This document shows positions 37,105 through 55,108 of a stretch of DNA of 64,000 bases, piece by piece (within the stretch, counting starts at the first letter, position 1; every line of letters starts with the position of its first letter). Where the stretch lies: assembly GCA_964016885.1 (NCBI GenBank), contig OZ024753.1, forward strand, positions 10,106,001-10,170,000, written 5' to 3'. A model generated the notes under the pieces. The model was given only the letters and a program-made list of their open reading frames with translations. It made no database searches and was not told the origin of the DNA. Made by a program: the position numbers and the translations under genes. Origin of the DNA: Eledone cirrhosa. Its lineage: Eukaryota.

Positions 37105-38175
37105 TTGGGGTATCAGTAGAAGGTCGTATGCCATGCTTTCCAGCATAGTTACGTCCCTTTACGGCCTGAGTTCAAATCTTGCCAAGGTTAAATTTGCGTT
37201 TCATCCTTATGGGGTAGATAAAATAAAGTACCAGTAATACACTGGGGTAATTGCTGGCCTTGTGCCAAAAGTAGAAACAGTTATTAAAAAATTAAACAAT
37301 AAATGAATGAAAACATGCAATATGACTGTATCATTTATAATAAAATATAAATATATACTGACTAGGTGATGTGTTGTTTCCTTGAGCCAGACACTTTATT
37401 TCACATTGCTCCAGTTTACTCAGCTATAGAAATGAGACGATAGGACTGGAGTCCCTATCATTCCACTGCAAAGTGGTCGTGGAGGTGCCACGGCAAAAAA
37501 GCACCCAGCTCACACTGTAAAGTGGACGTGTAGGTGCCACAGCAAAAAAGCACCCAGCCCACTGTAAAAGTAGACGTGGAGGTGCCACAGCATAAAAGCA
37601 CCCAGCCCACACTGTAAAGTGGATGTGTAGGTGCCACAGCAAGAAAGCACCCAGCCCACTGTAAAAGTGGACGTGGAGGTGCCACAGCATAAAAGCACCC
37701 AGCCCACACTGTAAAGTGGTCGTGGACATGCCACAGCAAAAAAGCACCCAGCCCACACTGTAAAGTGGTCGTGGACATGCCACAGCAAAAAAGCACCCAG
37801 CCCACACTGTAAAAGTGGACGTGGAGGTGCCACAGCAAAAAAGCACCCAGCCCACACTGTAAAGTGGACGTAGAGGTGCCACAGCAAAAAAGCACCCAGC
37901 CCACACTGTAAAGTGGTCGTGGACGTGCCACAGCAAAAAAGCACCCAGCTCACTGTAAAGTGGATGTGTAGGCGCCACAGAATAAAAAGCACCCAGCACT
38001 CACTGTAAATGAGGTTGGTGTTAGGAAGGGCATCCAGCTGTAGAAATCAAGCCAGTATCAGTTCCCGTATGAGCAAGACAAGGTCAGCCGACTGGACACT
38101 TCCCACAACAGGACAACCCGTCTAACCCATGCTAGCGTGGAAGAACGGATGTAAAACGGCGAGGATGATGATGAT
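37105..38175 (+). mobile_element. SINE-B (37105-37285) followed by 5'-truncated SINE-A with minisatellite expansion (37362-38175)
   Basis: Homology to the other copies. Confidence 0.9.
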
Positions 38176-38353
38176 GTACCACCTGGCATTTGCGGTCTCG
38201 GTTATTCGCAGAATTTTCCTTAGAACCTAACCAATAATTGTTTTTTTGGAAACCACCGCATATTCATGGGATCGTAAATATCTTCTGTGCTTTTTTTATG
38301 GCTTTTTCGTGACTATATATACATTTTCCCCGGTTTTTTATGCTAAATTATTA

Positions 38354-38573
38354 ACATCCAGAGTTGACACTGCACTCAGTACTCCTGTGGGAGCCCCTGC
38401 ATGGATACACTGGAAGAGGAAGACCGAGGTTAACATATGTTGATGCCCTAAGGACCGACACTGGTCTGTTGGAGACGCAGGACATGGCAGTCATAATGAG
38501 GGACAGAGACCGCTAGAGAGAACTCGTCCATGGATCTCGGGAATTTTACCCACCCTAGATAGATAGATAGATA
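38354..38573 (+). mobile_element. 3' fragment of a second RTE-type LINE family with (TAGA)n tail
   Basis: Closely similar to 60062-60267 ([25 protein letters not shown]..). Confidence 0.9.
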
Positions 38574-38885
38574 TGGACCACATCCAATACTCGTGGTTTT
38601 TCACTCTTCACGGGTGCTCTAGGAATGTAACCCTTGTGAATACCGGGGGACTACTGTATTTCAAATATGTTCAAATGTTTCCTTCGTCTCTTTTCTGTCA
38701 TATTATAAACTTGAGTAAAAAACCCTCAAAAACTTCAAATTATTTTTTACTGCCAGTTTGAAGAGAAAGAGGTGAGAGAGTTCTGACCGGATGTGGCCGG
38801 TTTAAATGCTAAAGGGTTAACTTGTCTCATATACTGTCATGTGGTAACGTGTTTCAGTTATTTATTCTCAGTTGTTTTGTTTCAG

Positions 38886-38983
38886 GATTGTATGGTGTTC
38901 TGGTGCTATAGCTGCCATGTCCAGTATAACCTACCCTGCCATCAGCTCTTTTGTATCTGCTCATGTCTATGCTGACCAACAAG
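38886..38983 (+). CDS. MFSD14A: MFSD14A/B exon (IVWCSGAIAAMSSITYPAISSFVSAHVYADQQ[G])
   Basis: CAG acceptor, GTAAAC donor, phase 2/1. AAMSSIT and ADQQG motifs. Confidence 0.95.
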
Positions 38984-39144
38984 GTAAACACATCTTTGAT
39001 GTTGGTGTTGTTGGTTAATGTTGATGAGGGTGCTGTTGGTGTTGTTGCTGTTGATGTTGTTGCTGTTGATGATGTTGTTGGTGGTTTCATGTTGAATGAA
39101 GATATCTTGAGTGTGATGTACATGGAAGAAGTTCCAAGAACTGA

Positions 39145-39465
39145 ATGATATGCTAATATGTTAATGACATGCTAATGAGGTGTCACTAAAACTGAAGTGA
39201 TATGTTAATGACATGCTAATGAGGAGGTGGTGTCACCAAAATTGAAGTGGTATGCTAATGGAGTGTCACTAAAACTGAAGTGATATGTTAATGACATACT
39301 AATGAGGAAGGGAGTGTCACTGAAACTGAAGTGATATGCTAATGACATACTAATGAGGAGGGGGTGTCACTAAAACTGAAGTCATATGCTAATGAGGGAG
39401 TGTCACTAAAACTGAAGTGATATGTTAATGACATGCTAATGAGGAAGGGAGTGTCACTGAAACTG
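39145..39465. repeat. ~45-50-bp minisatellite (TGTCACTAAAACTGAAGTGATATGTTAATGACATGCTAATGAGG)
   Basis: About 7 imperfect units. Confidence 0.9.
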
Positions 39466-39827
39466 TATGCCCCACTTCAATATAAAAACAGCGATGATCA
39501 ACTACAAAGGGTAAATAAATTGGTGTATGGGTGATGCCAGATGCACAATAATGTGTGGAGGAGGTGAGGCATGAATTTGCGACCATAATTTGTTCCAAAG
39601 TTGCCTTGGTGTAAAAGTAATAAGATAAAACCTGAAGTTTGCTCTCATTCACATCATTTTCAAATTGCCCAACCGTTGGGAATCACGGCTATATGGTGTG
39701 ATTTGAGGGAGATTTGGTTGCTAATTTTAACATGATGTATGACCATGTAGAAGCTCCCTCGTTATCTTGTCATTGTTGTATGTAACTTATATTGATTGTG
39801 ATTATAATTATATGTTTACTGTTTTAG

Positions 39828-40006
39828 GCGTTGCTCAAGGCATGGTCACTGGTATTCGTGGTTTGTGTAACGGGCTCGGGCCAGCCCTGTATGGCTTCAT
39901 TTTCTATTTATTCCATGTTGACCTGAATGACATGGCAGAATCAAACAAGAAGAAACCAGTTCTGTTGAATAATTCATCTCATACCACCACTACTAATACC
40001 CTATTG
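39828..40006 (+). CDS. MFSD14A: MFSD14A/B exon (VAQGMVTGIRGLCNGLGPALYGFIFYLFHVDLN...TNTLL)
   Basis: TAG acceptor, GTAAGT donor, phase 1/0. Highly conserved GIRGLCNGLGPALYGFIF. Confidence 0.96.
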
Positions 40007-41049
40007 GTAAGTCTCTTTTAGTACCATTACTAATACTAATACTCTATTGATAAGTCTCTTTTAGTACCACCACTATTAATACTCTATTGGTAAATGTCAT
40101 TTTAGGACCTCCATAATACTCTTAGTACCAACCTGCCCCATGTTCTATGATAGAAAACTGACCATTTTAAAGTGTTTCTTATTTTTACTTCTATTTTTCC
40201 ATACTAGCCTGGTTTGGATGAGTCTCATTATTTTGTCACTTATTTCATACACCTTTTCATATGAGACAAAGTTTGGATGAATCTCTCATCATGTTGTCAC
40301 TCACTTCAATGAAACCAAGATAAATAACCATCTTTGAAGTTGATAAATAGTCTTCTTCGTTACCAGATATCCACCCTCCCTATCACCAACTAGTTCATAT
40401 TTAAATTTAAATCTTCCAGCAAAATTTTATCCAAGAGCCTCTTTTTTTAAGTTGTATATGCAATACCTTCTTGATAATGGAACAAGTCTTCTTCTTTTCG
40501 TGTCCACAAGAGTGTCAGTTACAAAGCTTAGCTAGATGTGGTTCCACCACAGCTGACCACATTACTGTCCTGTCCTTTCTCATTAAACTCTGCCAAGTCC
40601 AATGCTGTGCAGGGGTGTTCCAGCAGGGGGTGCTGCGTAGTCTGGTTCAATGCCACAGTCGCACACAATGTCCCCATCCTTTAAATATCCCCATTTTGCC
40701 AGATTGGTTTTTGCATGACCAACACCAGATCTTAGTCTGTTTAGGCATTTCCATACTGCATAGTTTATATCTTCTCACTCTCCTTTAGCCCCATCGTTGT
40801 TACTGATGGGAGGTTGTTAAGTTTTTCTTCCCAGTGAGTAATTTTTATTAAATCCATTCAGATTTTTTATTATTTTCAAAATTATTTGAAAACGCACATG
40901 AGCAATCTACCTGTAATAGCCATGCACCCCCCCCCCCCAAAAAAAAAACCAATGACAACAACACTAACAAAGACGACTAAAATGAGTAATACTTATTTTT
41001 TTTTATTGTCTTTTCTGATTTAAAAAAAAATGTTTCTTTTCATTGACAG

Positions 41050-41203
41050 AATGTTGTACCAGGTCCACCATTTGCCTTTGGAGCAATTCTGGTAATTTTA
41101 GCCTTGCTAGTAACAGTTTTTATCCCTGATAACCCTCATCCTAAAGGGATAAGTTCACCAACCAAACGAGTATTAACTCACGATTCATTCTCAAAGGACA
41201 TAG
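41050..41203 (+). CDS. MFSD14A: MFSD14A/B exon (NVVPGPPFAFGAILVILALLVTVFIPDNPHPKG...SKDI[G])
   Basis: CAG acceptor, GTAAGC donor, phase 0/1. PGPPF motif and last TM helix. Confidence 0.95.
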
Positions 41204-41244
41204 GTAAGCCATTAGTTTCCAATATTGTGATTGTGATAATACCT

Positions 41245-42175
41245 TTACACCTGTGATTTTCAAGTTTGTGTATATATACTGTTATATACACCTGTGATTC
41301 TCAAGTTTGTGTATATATACTCTGCTATATACACCTGTGATTCTCAAGTTTGTGTATATATACTCTGCTATATACACCTGCGATTCTCAAGTCTGTGTAT
41401 ATATACCCTGCTATATACACCTGTGATTCTCAAGTCTCTGTATATACCATGCTATATAGACCAGTGTTTCTCAAGATTGTGTATATACCATGCTATATAG
41501 ACCAGTGTTTCTCAAGATTGTGTATATACCATGCTATATAGACCAGTGTTTCTCAACTCTGTGTATATACCCTGCTATATAGACCTGTGATTCTCAAGAT
41601 TGTGTATATACCATGCTATATAGACCTGTGATTCTCAAGATTGTGTATATACCATGCTATATAGACCTGTGATTCTCAAGATTGTGTATATACCATGCTA
41701 TATAGACCTGTGATTCTCAAGATTGTGTATATACCATGCTATATAGACCAGTGAGTCTCAACTCTGTGTATATACCCTGCTATATACACCTGTATTTCTC
41801 AAGTCTGTATATATACCATGCTATATAGACCAGTGATTCTCAAGTTTGTATATATACCATGCTATATACACCTTTGATTCTCAAGTTTGTGTAGATGTAT
41901 ATACCACACTTGTACATTTAATTGTATAATAACATACCTGTACATTTAATTGTAAAATAACATACCTGCAGTTTTAATTTTATAATATACCTGTACATTT
42001 AATTGTATAATAACATACCTGTAGATTTAATTTTATAATAGCATACCTGTACATTTAATTTTATAACAACATACCTGTAAATTTAATTTTATAACAACAT
42101 ACCTGTAAATTTAATTTCATAATAACATACCTGCAAATTTAATTTTATAATAACATACCTGTAAATTTAATTTTA
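41245..42175. repeat. Two adjacent minisatellites (41-43 bp at 41245-41890; ~29 bp at 41910-42175)
   Basis: Visible tandem units filling the last intron. Confidence 0.93.
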
Positions 42176-42242
42176 ATTGATTTCTTGTCTGTGGCTTGTA
42201 AATAATAACTGTTAATGTTTTTTGTCATTGTTCTATTTACAG

Positions 42243-42304
42243 GTAGTAAAAAATATGAAAAAGAACCTTTGATGGTTGATAGTGATATAGAAATCCAGAC
42301 GTAG
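42243..42304 (+). CDS. MFSD14A: MFSD14A/B terminal coding exon (SKKYEKEPLMVDSDIEIQT*)
   Basis: CAG acceptor in phase 1, TAG stop at 42302-42304. EKEPLM resembles the C-terminal acidic dileucine-type motif (EAKEPLL) of HIAT1. AATAAA signals follow (~42378, ~42452, ~42532). Confidence 0.88.
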
Positions 42305-43116
42305 GGACGAAAGAAGATTTGTGGACACGAAATTTCAATGTTTTAGAAGAAGCAAAAGAAAAAAGAAGACATGCAATAATAAATTGGCTGTTTTGTTATC
42401 CGAGTAATTTGACCTGTTGACTTGATCGATCAATTTTATTGCTCGGGGGAAAATAAAAATAAAAATAAAAAAAAAGATATAATTATTGTGTGAACGTCCA
42501 AGGGAGAAAACTGCAAAGCGATTCGCTTTAAAATAAAAAAGAAATTAATTTCCTAGTTAACTCCCTTGTCCTGTGAACAGCTTAGTTATTTAAGACGCAT
42601 TCAAAAGACATTGATTGTGATATTTTGAAAATGATTAAGATTGAAATATAGCTGCAAGAAAGTGGGGGACATAAAGAAAGAAAAGACGAAATAATATGAA
42701 TGAAACAAACAAACAAACAAACAAAAAAAAACAAAGTAAAAACAAAAACATCAGATGTTAATTTCTGTGTTTTATATTTTATATATATATATTTTTTCCT
42801 TTTCCCCTCACCCACGCACAGAATTCTGAGTACTTGTGCTTTCTTTTTCATTGAAATCTAGAAACAAAAATGTATACGGACTTCTGGTTGAGTTGTTTTT
42901 ACAAATGCGACAGACAGACAGACAGATAGACTGAAGAAGAAGAAGAAGATGGAAGAGTTTCCTGTTGAAAGTTTAAATGAAAGAAGAAATAATGTTAGTT
43001 ATGTTAAATACTTTAACTCTGGATACCATAATGTTTTATGTACCCGAATGTTCCTGTATTTTATCATATATATTGTCACGATGATGGTGATGATGATTAT
43101 GATGATATATATATGG

Positions 43117-43150
<34 letters not shown>

Positions 43151-43392
43151 GTGTATATTTATAGATATTTCATATATATATATGAAATATGTATAAATAT
43201 ATATGTATATAGATAGATAGTTATATATATGTATGTATTTACACATATTTCATATATATATATGTATAAATACATATATATAAATACAATATATATATAT
43301 ATATATATATGTATTTATACATATTTCACACAATATATATATATGTATATTTACATATTTCAAATATATATATATATATATATATATGTGTA

Positions 43393-43462
<70 letters not shown>

Positions 43463-43789
43463 TGTACATATGTGTATATATTTCATATAATCATCATTTA
43501 ACAAATGTTAAATGTTGCTGCTGATATATATTATATAATTATAATATATATGTGTATATATATATATGTGTATATATATATATATGTGTGTATATATATG
43601 TGTGTGTATGTATGTGGGAGTAGATGGTGGGTGTTATAATTTAATAATTTTTCAATGTTTCCAGATGTCAACTTTTAACATCTTTTCAACGAAGGGTTTT
43701 CTTCTTGTTCTTTTTTTTTTTTCTTTCTTTTAATTCTTTCTTCTCTACATTCAAATCCTCTTCAAACTGAAACGACCATGTTTGTTTGA

Positions 43790-44176
43790 TCTCTGGACAT
43801 CTGGACCTCTGGATATCTTGACATCTGGACCTCTGGATATCTTGACATCTGGATATCTTGACATCTGGACCTCTGGATATCTTGACATCTGGATATCTTG
43901 ACATCTAGACATCTTGACATCTAGACCTCTGGATATCTTGACATCTGGACCTCTGGATATCTTGACATCTGGACCTCTGGATATCTTGACATCTGGACCT
44001 CTGGATATCTTGACATCTAGACCTCTGGACATCTTGACATCTAGACCTCTGGACATCTTGACATCTGGACCTCTGGATATCTTGACATCTGGACCTTTGG
44101 ATATCTTGACATCTGGACCTCTGGATATTTTGACATCTGGACCTCTGGATACCTTGACATCTGTACATCTGGACAT
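43790..44176. repeat. 24-bp repeat built from three 8-bp variants (CTGGACCT/CTGGATAT/CTTGACAT)
   Basis: About 16 units. Confidence 0.95.
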
Positions 44177-44649
44177 TGATATAGTCTAGTGTAATATTCA
44201 GTAGAGAATCAATTGTCTGCTTTATTTATTTCATTATTAATAGTTTTTTTTTTTTTTGTTTTTTCTTCTTCTCTGTTACTAATAATCCTTTAAAAGACCA
44301 ACTGTTTATATGTTTCAAACTGGCATATGGCTTCTAGCTTTTCCACCTTCTCTACCCTCCCCTGCCTCTCTCTCTCTCATTTATTACTACCACTATGCCA
44401 TTACTACAACCACTTTTCCACCAATCACTCATTATCATCTTTTTTTTTTAATTTTAATTTTGTGGCATTTTAAAATTCATCCCCAAAAAATAACAGAAAA
44501 TCAACATTGTAGAGATTTCCAAATTGATTTCCAATCCAACGTTTTTGAAAACCAGATTTTAATGTAGGACCAAATGAGGGGGAGGGGGGAAAGTTAAAAT
44601 AAAAGTAAAACCAAAAAAATGTGACTGCTGCTCAGATTGTTGCAGTCTT

Positions 44650-44651
44650 TT

Positions 44652-44699
<48 letters not shown>

Positions 44700-44730
44700 G
44701 TATATATATGTATGTATGTATGTATGTATA

Positions 44731-44766
<36 letters not shown>

Positions 44767-44830
44767 TGTATGTGTATATATGTGTATATATGTGTATGTG
44801 TATGTGTATGTATGTATATATATGTATGTG

Positions 44831-44875
<45 letters not shown>

Positions 44876-44962
44876 GTATATGTATATATGTATATATATA
44901 TATGTATATATATATATGTATATATGTATATATGTATATGTATATATGTATATGTATATATG

Positions 44963-44994
<32 letters not shown>

Positions 44995-45287
44995 TATATG
45001 TGTATATATGTATATATATGTGTATATATGTATATATATGTGTATATATGTGTATATATGTATGTATGTGTATATATTATGTATATATGTGTATATATGT
45101 ATGTATGTGTATATATTATGTATGTATGTATGTGTATATATTATGTATATATGTGTATATATGTATGTGTGTGTATATATGTGTATATATATATATGTAT
45201 GTATATGTGTATATATATGTATGTATATGTGTATATATATATATGTATATATGTGTATATATATATATGTATGTATATGTGTATGTA

Positions 45288-45319
<32 letters not shown>

Positions 45320-45440
45320 AAATGTACATATAAGTATATATGCATATATTTATAAATGCATATAGATATATATATATGCATATATATATACATACAAATA
45401 TACATATATACATATATGTACACACATATACATACATACA

Positions 45441-45472
<32 letters not shown>

Positions 45473-45482
45473 CACACACAAA
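44650..45482. repeat. (TA/TG/CA)n microsatellite tract
   Basis: Alternating purine-pyrimidine sequence. Confidence 0.98.
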
Positions 45483-45659
45483 CACACCTTCATATTTGAA
45501 TATCTTAAAGTCTCTCTCTCCCTCCATATTCCATCATCACACTGATCTGTGTGTTTAACTTTCTTTGCCATTAGCAATATCATCATCATCATTTACAGCA
45601 CCAGTACCACCACCACCACCACCATCACCACCACTGATGTGACTCTTGTGAGTTGTACT

Positions 45660-46470
45660 GCCCCTTCATCTTACACCCCTCCTCCCTCTCTCCTCTTTCT
45701 TCCCCTCTCTCTCACCTCTCTTCCTCTCTCTCATCATCTCCCCCCCCCCCTTCTCTGTCCCACTTCTTCACATCCTCTCTCCCTCTCTCTCCTCATTCTC
45801 ATCTGATATATGCTGCTGTATATTTCTGTCTTTCTTCCTCCCACTCTCCTTCATTCACGCTCCCTCTTCCTCCCTCCTCCACTCTCCCACTCTCTCTCTT
45901 GCCCTCTCTTTCCCTATCTCTTTCCTTCTCCCTCCCTCCTCCTCTACTCCCCTTCTCTCTTTGCCTCTCTCCCTCCCTCCCTCCTAATCCCTCTCTCCCC
46001 CTCCTCTTTTCTCCCCCTTTCTCTCTTTGCCTCTCTCCCTCCCTCCTCTACCCTCCCCTTTCTCTCTTTGCCTCTCTCCCTCCCTCCTCTACCCTCCCCT
46101 TTCTCTCTTTGCCTCCCTCTGTCCCTCCCCCTCTCTCATGACTCTGTCATTCCAACTTTAAAAACAATATGAAATACAACAAAACAACTCACAAGACAGG
46201 TGGTGCTTTTTTGTTTTTGATTTTATTTTCTAAAAAAATTTTTTTGTTTTGTTTATTTTATTGTTTTTCTCAAGTTTGTCCTCCTCCTCCCATCCCTCCC
46301 CCTCCCACGCCCCCCCTTTTTTTCTATTCGTTTTCATCCTCTTCTCCCTCTCTTCAGCCCCCCCCCCCCACGGGCCGCTCTCAATCTTCATCTCTATTTC
46401 CTCCCCTTCCCCCTCATCTCCATCTCTTCCCCCTCCCCACTCCCTTCATCTTCCTCCTCCTCCTTCATTT
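45660..46470. repeat. C/T-rich low-complexity (polypyrimidine) tract
   Basis: Almost only C and T on the + strand. Confidence 0.9.
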
Positions 46471-47017
46471 GCTGACCTCCCAATTTTCTCATTGCTTTTC
46501 TTCTGAAATTCCTTGTCAAAGGATTTCAAACCTGATAAATAAATATAATAAAAATACAAAATAATAAAGCAAAACAACAAACAAAAAAAAAAACAAAAAA
46601 ATACATCTAAAATGATTTTATCAACTTTTTTCTTTATTTTCTTTTTTTTTATTATTTTGCTTAGTTTTTTTAATTTTATTTATTTATTATTTTTGTCATG
46701 GATGTTTGTTAATATTTACATATTTACTTCTCAGTGCAATGAAACATGTGTAAAAGACTGCTGTTTGAGTGTGTTTTGCAGTGTGTAGGTGTGTTTGAGT
46801 GTTTGTGTGTATGTGTTTGTGTGTGTGCATTTCAGTGTGTAGGTGTGTGAGTCCCCATGTGTGTCAGTGTCCGTGTGAGTGTGTGTGTGTATCAGTCTCC
46901 ATGTGTGTAGGTGTGTGTCAGTGAGTTTGTGTGTGCATTGCAGTGTAGGTATCTTAGTCTCCATATATGTGTGTGCATGTGTAGGTGACCCAGTGTCGAT
47001 GTGTGTGTGTCTGGCTT

Positions 47018-47053
<36 letters not shown>

Positions 47054-47199
47054 GAAAGTTGTGTGTGCTGCTATTTGGAGTTTCACATCCCCAGCTCCTC
47101 ACGTGACTCAGACATAAATATTCTTCCATTCTGCTTCATTGTATTGACTACTTTCTTGACACTTCATTGCAACCACATCACTGACACTATTTATCTACA

Positions 47200-52318
<5,119 letters not shown>

Positions 52319-52464
52319 GGTGTAAGAGAAAAGATTACTAGGATATGTAGAATAACGATCTCGTATTTGACAGCAAGATAAACATTAGCTGAAAGAAGAG
52401 GAAATGAAAAAAATATGTCAGCAGAGAATCAATCACCCCCGTGTAAAGACAGATTCTGTCATTA

Positions 52465-52498
<34 letters not shown>

Positions 52499-52709
52499 AT
52501 ATATAATTTGTGAAGGAACAGGGGCTGTGTTGTTGCTGGATAAAGTGTATTTATAAACAAGAGGAAAGCACGAACGGGTTGGGGGATACTTTCCCTTCAA
52601 CAGTTGTCGTCTGGAGATATGCGTAGAAATGTCCATGATCTCCAGAAGAGAACTGATGAAGGGAAATTACCCCCCAACCCGTTCGTGCTTTCCTCTTACT
52701 TATAAATAT

Positions 52710-52747
<38 letters not shown>

Positions 52748-52823
52748 ATGGCCTCAGCCGGATGGCTGCAACAGGTAAAAGATTATATATGTATATATAT
52801 ATATATATATATATTCATTTTAA

Positions 52824-52862
<39 letters not shown>

Positions 52863-53052
52863 GGATTTGGAACCCCGGCGGCTGAGCTGAAGATTCAACA
52901 GCTAGATGACAACAGTTCAGATGTAACTGTTGAAACGGCAGAAGCTCAACCGTCGGGGTCCCGTGTCCGTCATATTGCCCACTATACTACTCAAGTATCG
53001 AGTAATCTGGTGAGTAATGGTCTAACTGGTTTTTACAGCATCCATTCTGATT

Positions 53053-53087
<35 letters not shown>

Positions 53088-53140
53088 ATATATTTGTATT
53101 TATATATATATATATATGTATGTATATATATATGTGAGTA

Positions 53141-53173
<33 letters not shown>

Positions 53174-53558
53174 ATAAATGTATGTATATATATATATAAA
53201 TGTATGTATATATGTGAGTATATATATATATATATTTATATATATAAATATGTATATATATGTGTATATATATATATATATAAATGTATATGTATGTATA
53301 TATATGTGTGTATATATATATATACAGACATGTGTATATGTATATATAGACACGTATCTGTGTGTATATATATATATATAAATGTATGTATATATATATA
53401 TATATATATATATAAATGTATGTATATATATGTGTATATATATATATATATAAATGTATGTATGTATATATATGTGTATATATATATATATAAATGTATG
53501 TATATATGTGTGCGTATATATATATATATATATAAATGTATGTATATATGTGTGTGTG

Positions 53559-53596
<38 letters not shown>

Positions 53597-53833
53597 CAGA
53601 CATGTATGTATATATAGACACGTATCTGTGTGTATATATATACATGTATTTATGTATATTAGGGTGGTGGGGGTGGCTGATGAGTGTTGATAGTTTTATT
53701 GAATGGTGCTTTGTAACAAAATGGCTACAATGACTTTACAAACCGTATTAGAAACATCAGAAAAATTAAGCTTGTATATATATATCTATATCTATATATA
53801 TATATATATATATAATCTAGGTTTCCTTATGGA

Positions 53834-53864
<31 letters not shown>

Positions 53865-54308
53865 TTATATGTTTACATATTTCCGAAGAAAAAGCAAAGG
53901 AAAAAAGAGTGCTCTGTATAAAACAGAGCTATTTAATTAGAAAGTGAACAACTTACTCTAGAACTACTACATTACCAAAGGTTTCACAACCCCAGACAAT
54001 ATTAACATACGTCTAGTCCGTTCGTCAGGTCGAGGGGTTATGAAATATATGAAAATGAAGCTGGAAAATTATAAAAAAAAATTTATAATTTTCGATATAA
54101 TTTTAATATATTTTCTATATAATTTTCCAGCCTCATTTTTAATTTTAATAGATTTTCAATTTCGTATTTTCATATATTTCATAACCCCTCGATCTGACGA
54201 ACGAACTAGGCGTATGTTAATATTGTCTGGTGTCCTGAAACCTTTGCTAATGTAGTTATATTTTGTGTTGTTCATTTTCTAATATATATATATATTTAAT
54301 ATAGAAAT

Positions 54309-54360
54309 GGCTTCTACAGAACTAGAACTGTTTCATTCGAAGGAAATCATCAGGAAAGCC
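54309..54360 (-). ncRNA. Minimal type I hammerhead ribozyme motif with intact core
   Basis: Minus strand: GGCTTTC-CTGATGA-TTTCCTTCGAAT-GAAACAG-TTCTAGTT-CTGTA-GAAGCC. An inverted, degenerate copy lies at 54402-54453. Confidence 0.7.
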
Positions 54361-55108
54361 GACTGTCAATGTGATATGGTGGTATTTATACAATAACAGT
54401 GGGCTTTCCTAATGATTTCTGTTGAATGAAACAGTTCTAATATTGTAGAAGCCATTTCTATATTAAATATTTATACTCTGCTATCTATTGAGTACCTTAC
54501 TTACTGTGGTTACCCCCCCCCTTTTGAACCCGGGATACACGCACATATATATATGTTTCTGTGTGTGTGTGTCTGTGTATATATATATATATATGTTTGT
54601 GTCTGTAATATTTGAACTTTATTTATGATGTTAAAAACTTGACCGTTTACACAATTACTTTGTTCTGAATTTTAAAAATAAAAATTAACAAAATTTCAAT
54701 CAACTCTTTTAAGTCCAACAAACGTCAACTTCTCTGTTATAATCGTTACCTTTGTCTTGTTTTGTGTTGTTTGTTGTGGGTGAGAAACCCTGAACACCCC
54801 TGCCTAACTAAAAGTGGCCCAGGCGAAACTCTTTCAACCACCATAGGCGCTGAGCTGGTTAGTCGAAGCAGGTGTAAGCCTCGCGAGATGAATGGATCTT
54901 CCAGCTCTTCTTTTACCATCCGAGAATCGAACTCACAACCTTCCGATTGCAAGCCCAATGCCCTAACCACTAAGCCAATTGACATCTTTACATTTAGTGG
55001 AATAATTAGACATGAAATGCTACGTAAATAACCAAGGGCTCAGCATCGTATAAAGCAGAGATTCTCAAAGTGGGCGCTGGGCACTAAGGGGGTGGTAGAG
55101 ATGATATA

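Noticed and set aside
43751-44189. SRGPDVKI repeat ORF
   Set aside because: Translation of a 24-bp tandem repeat downstream of the gene's stop codon, with no splice context.
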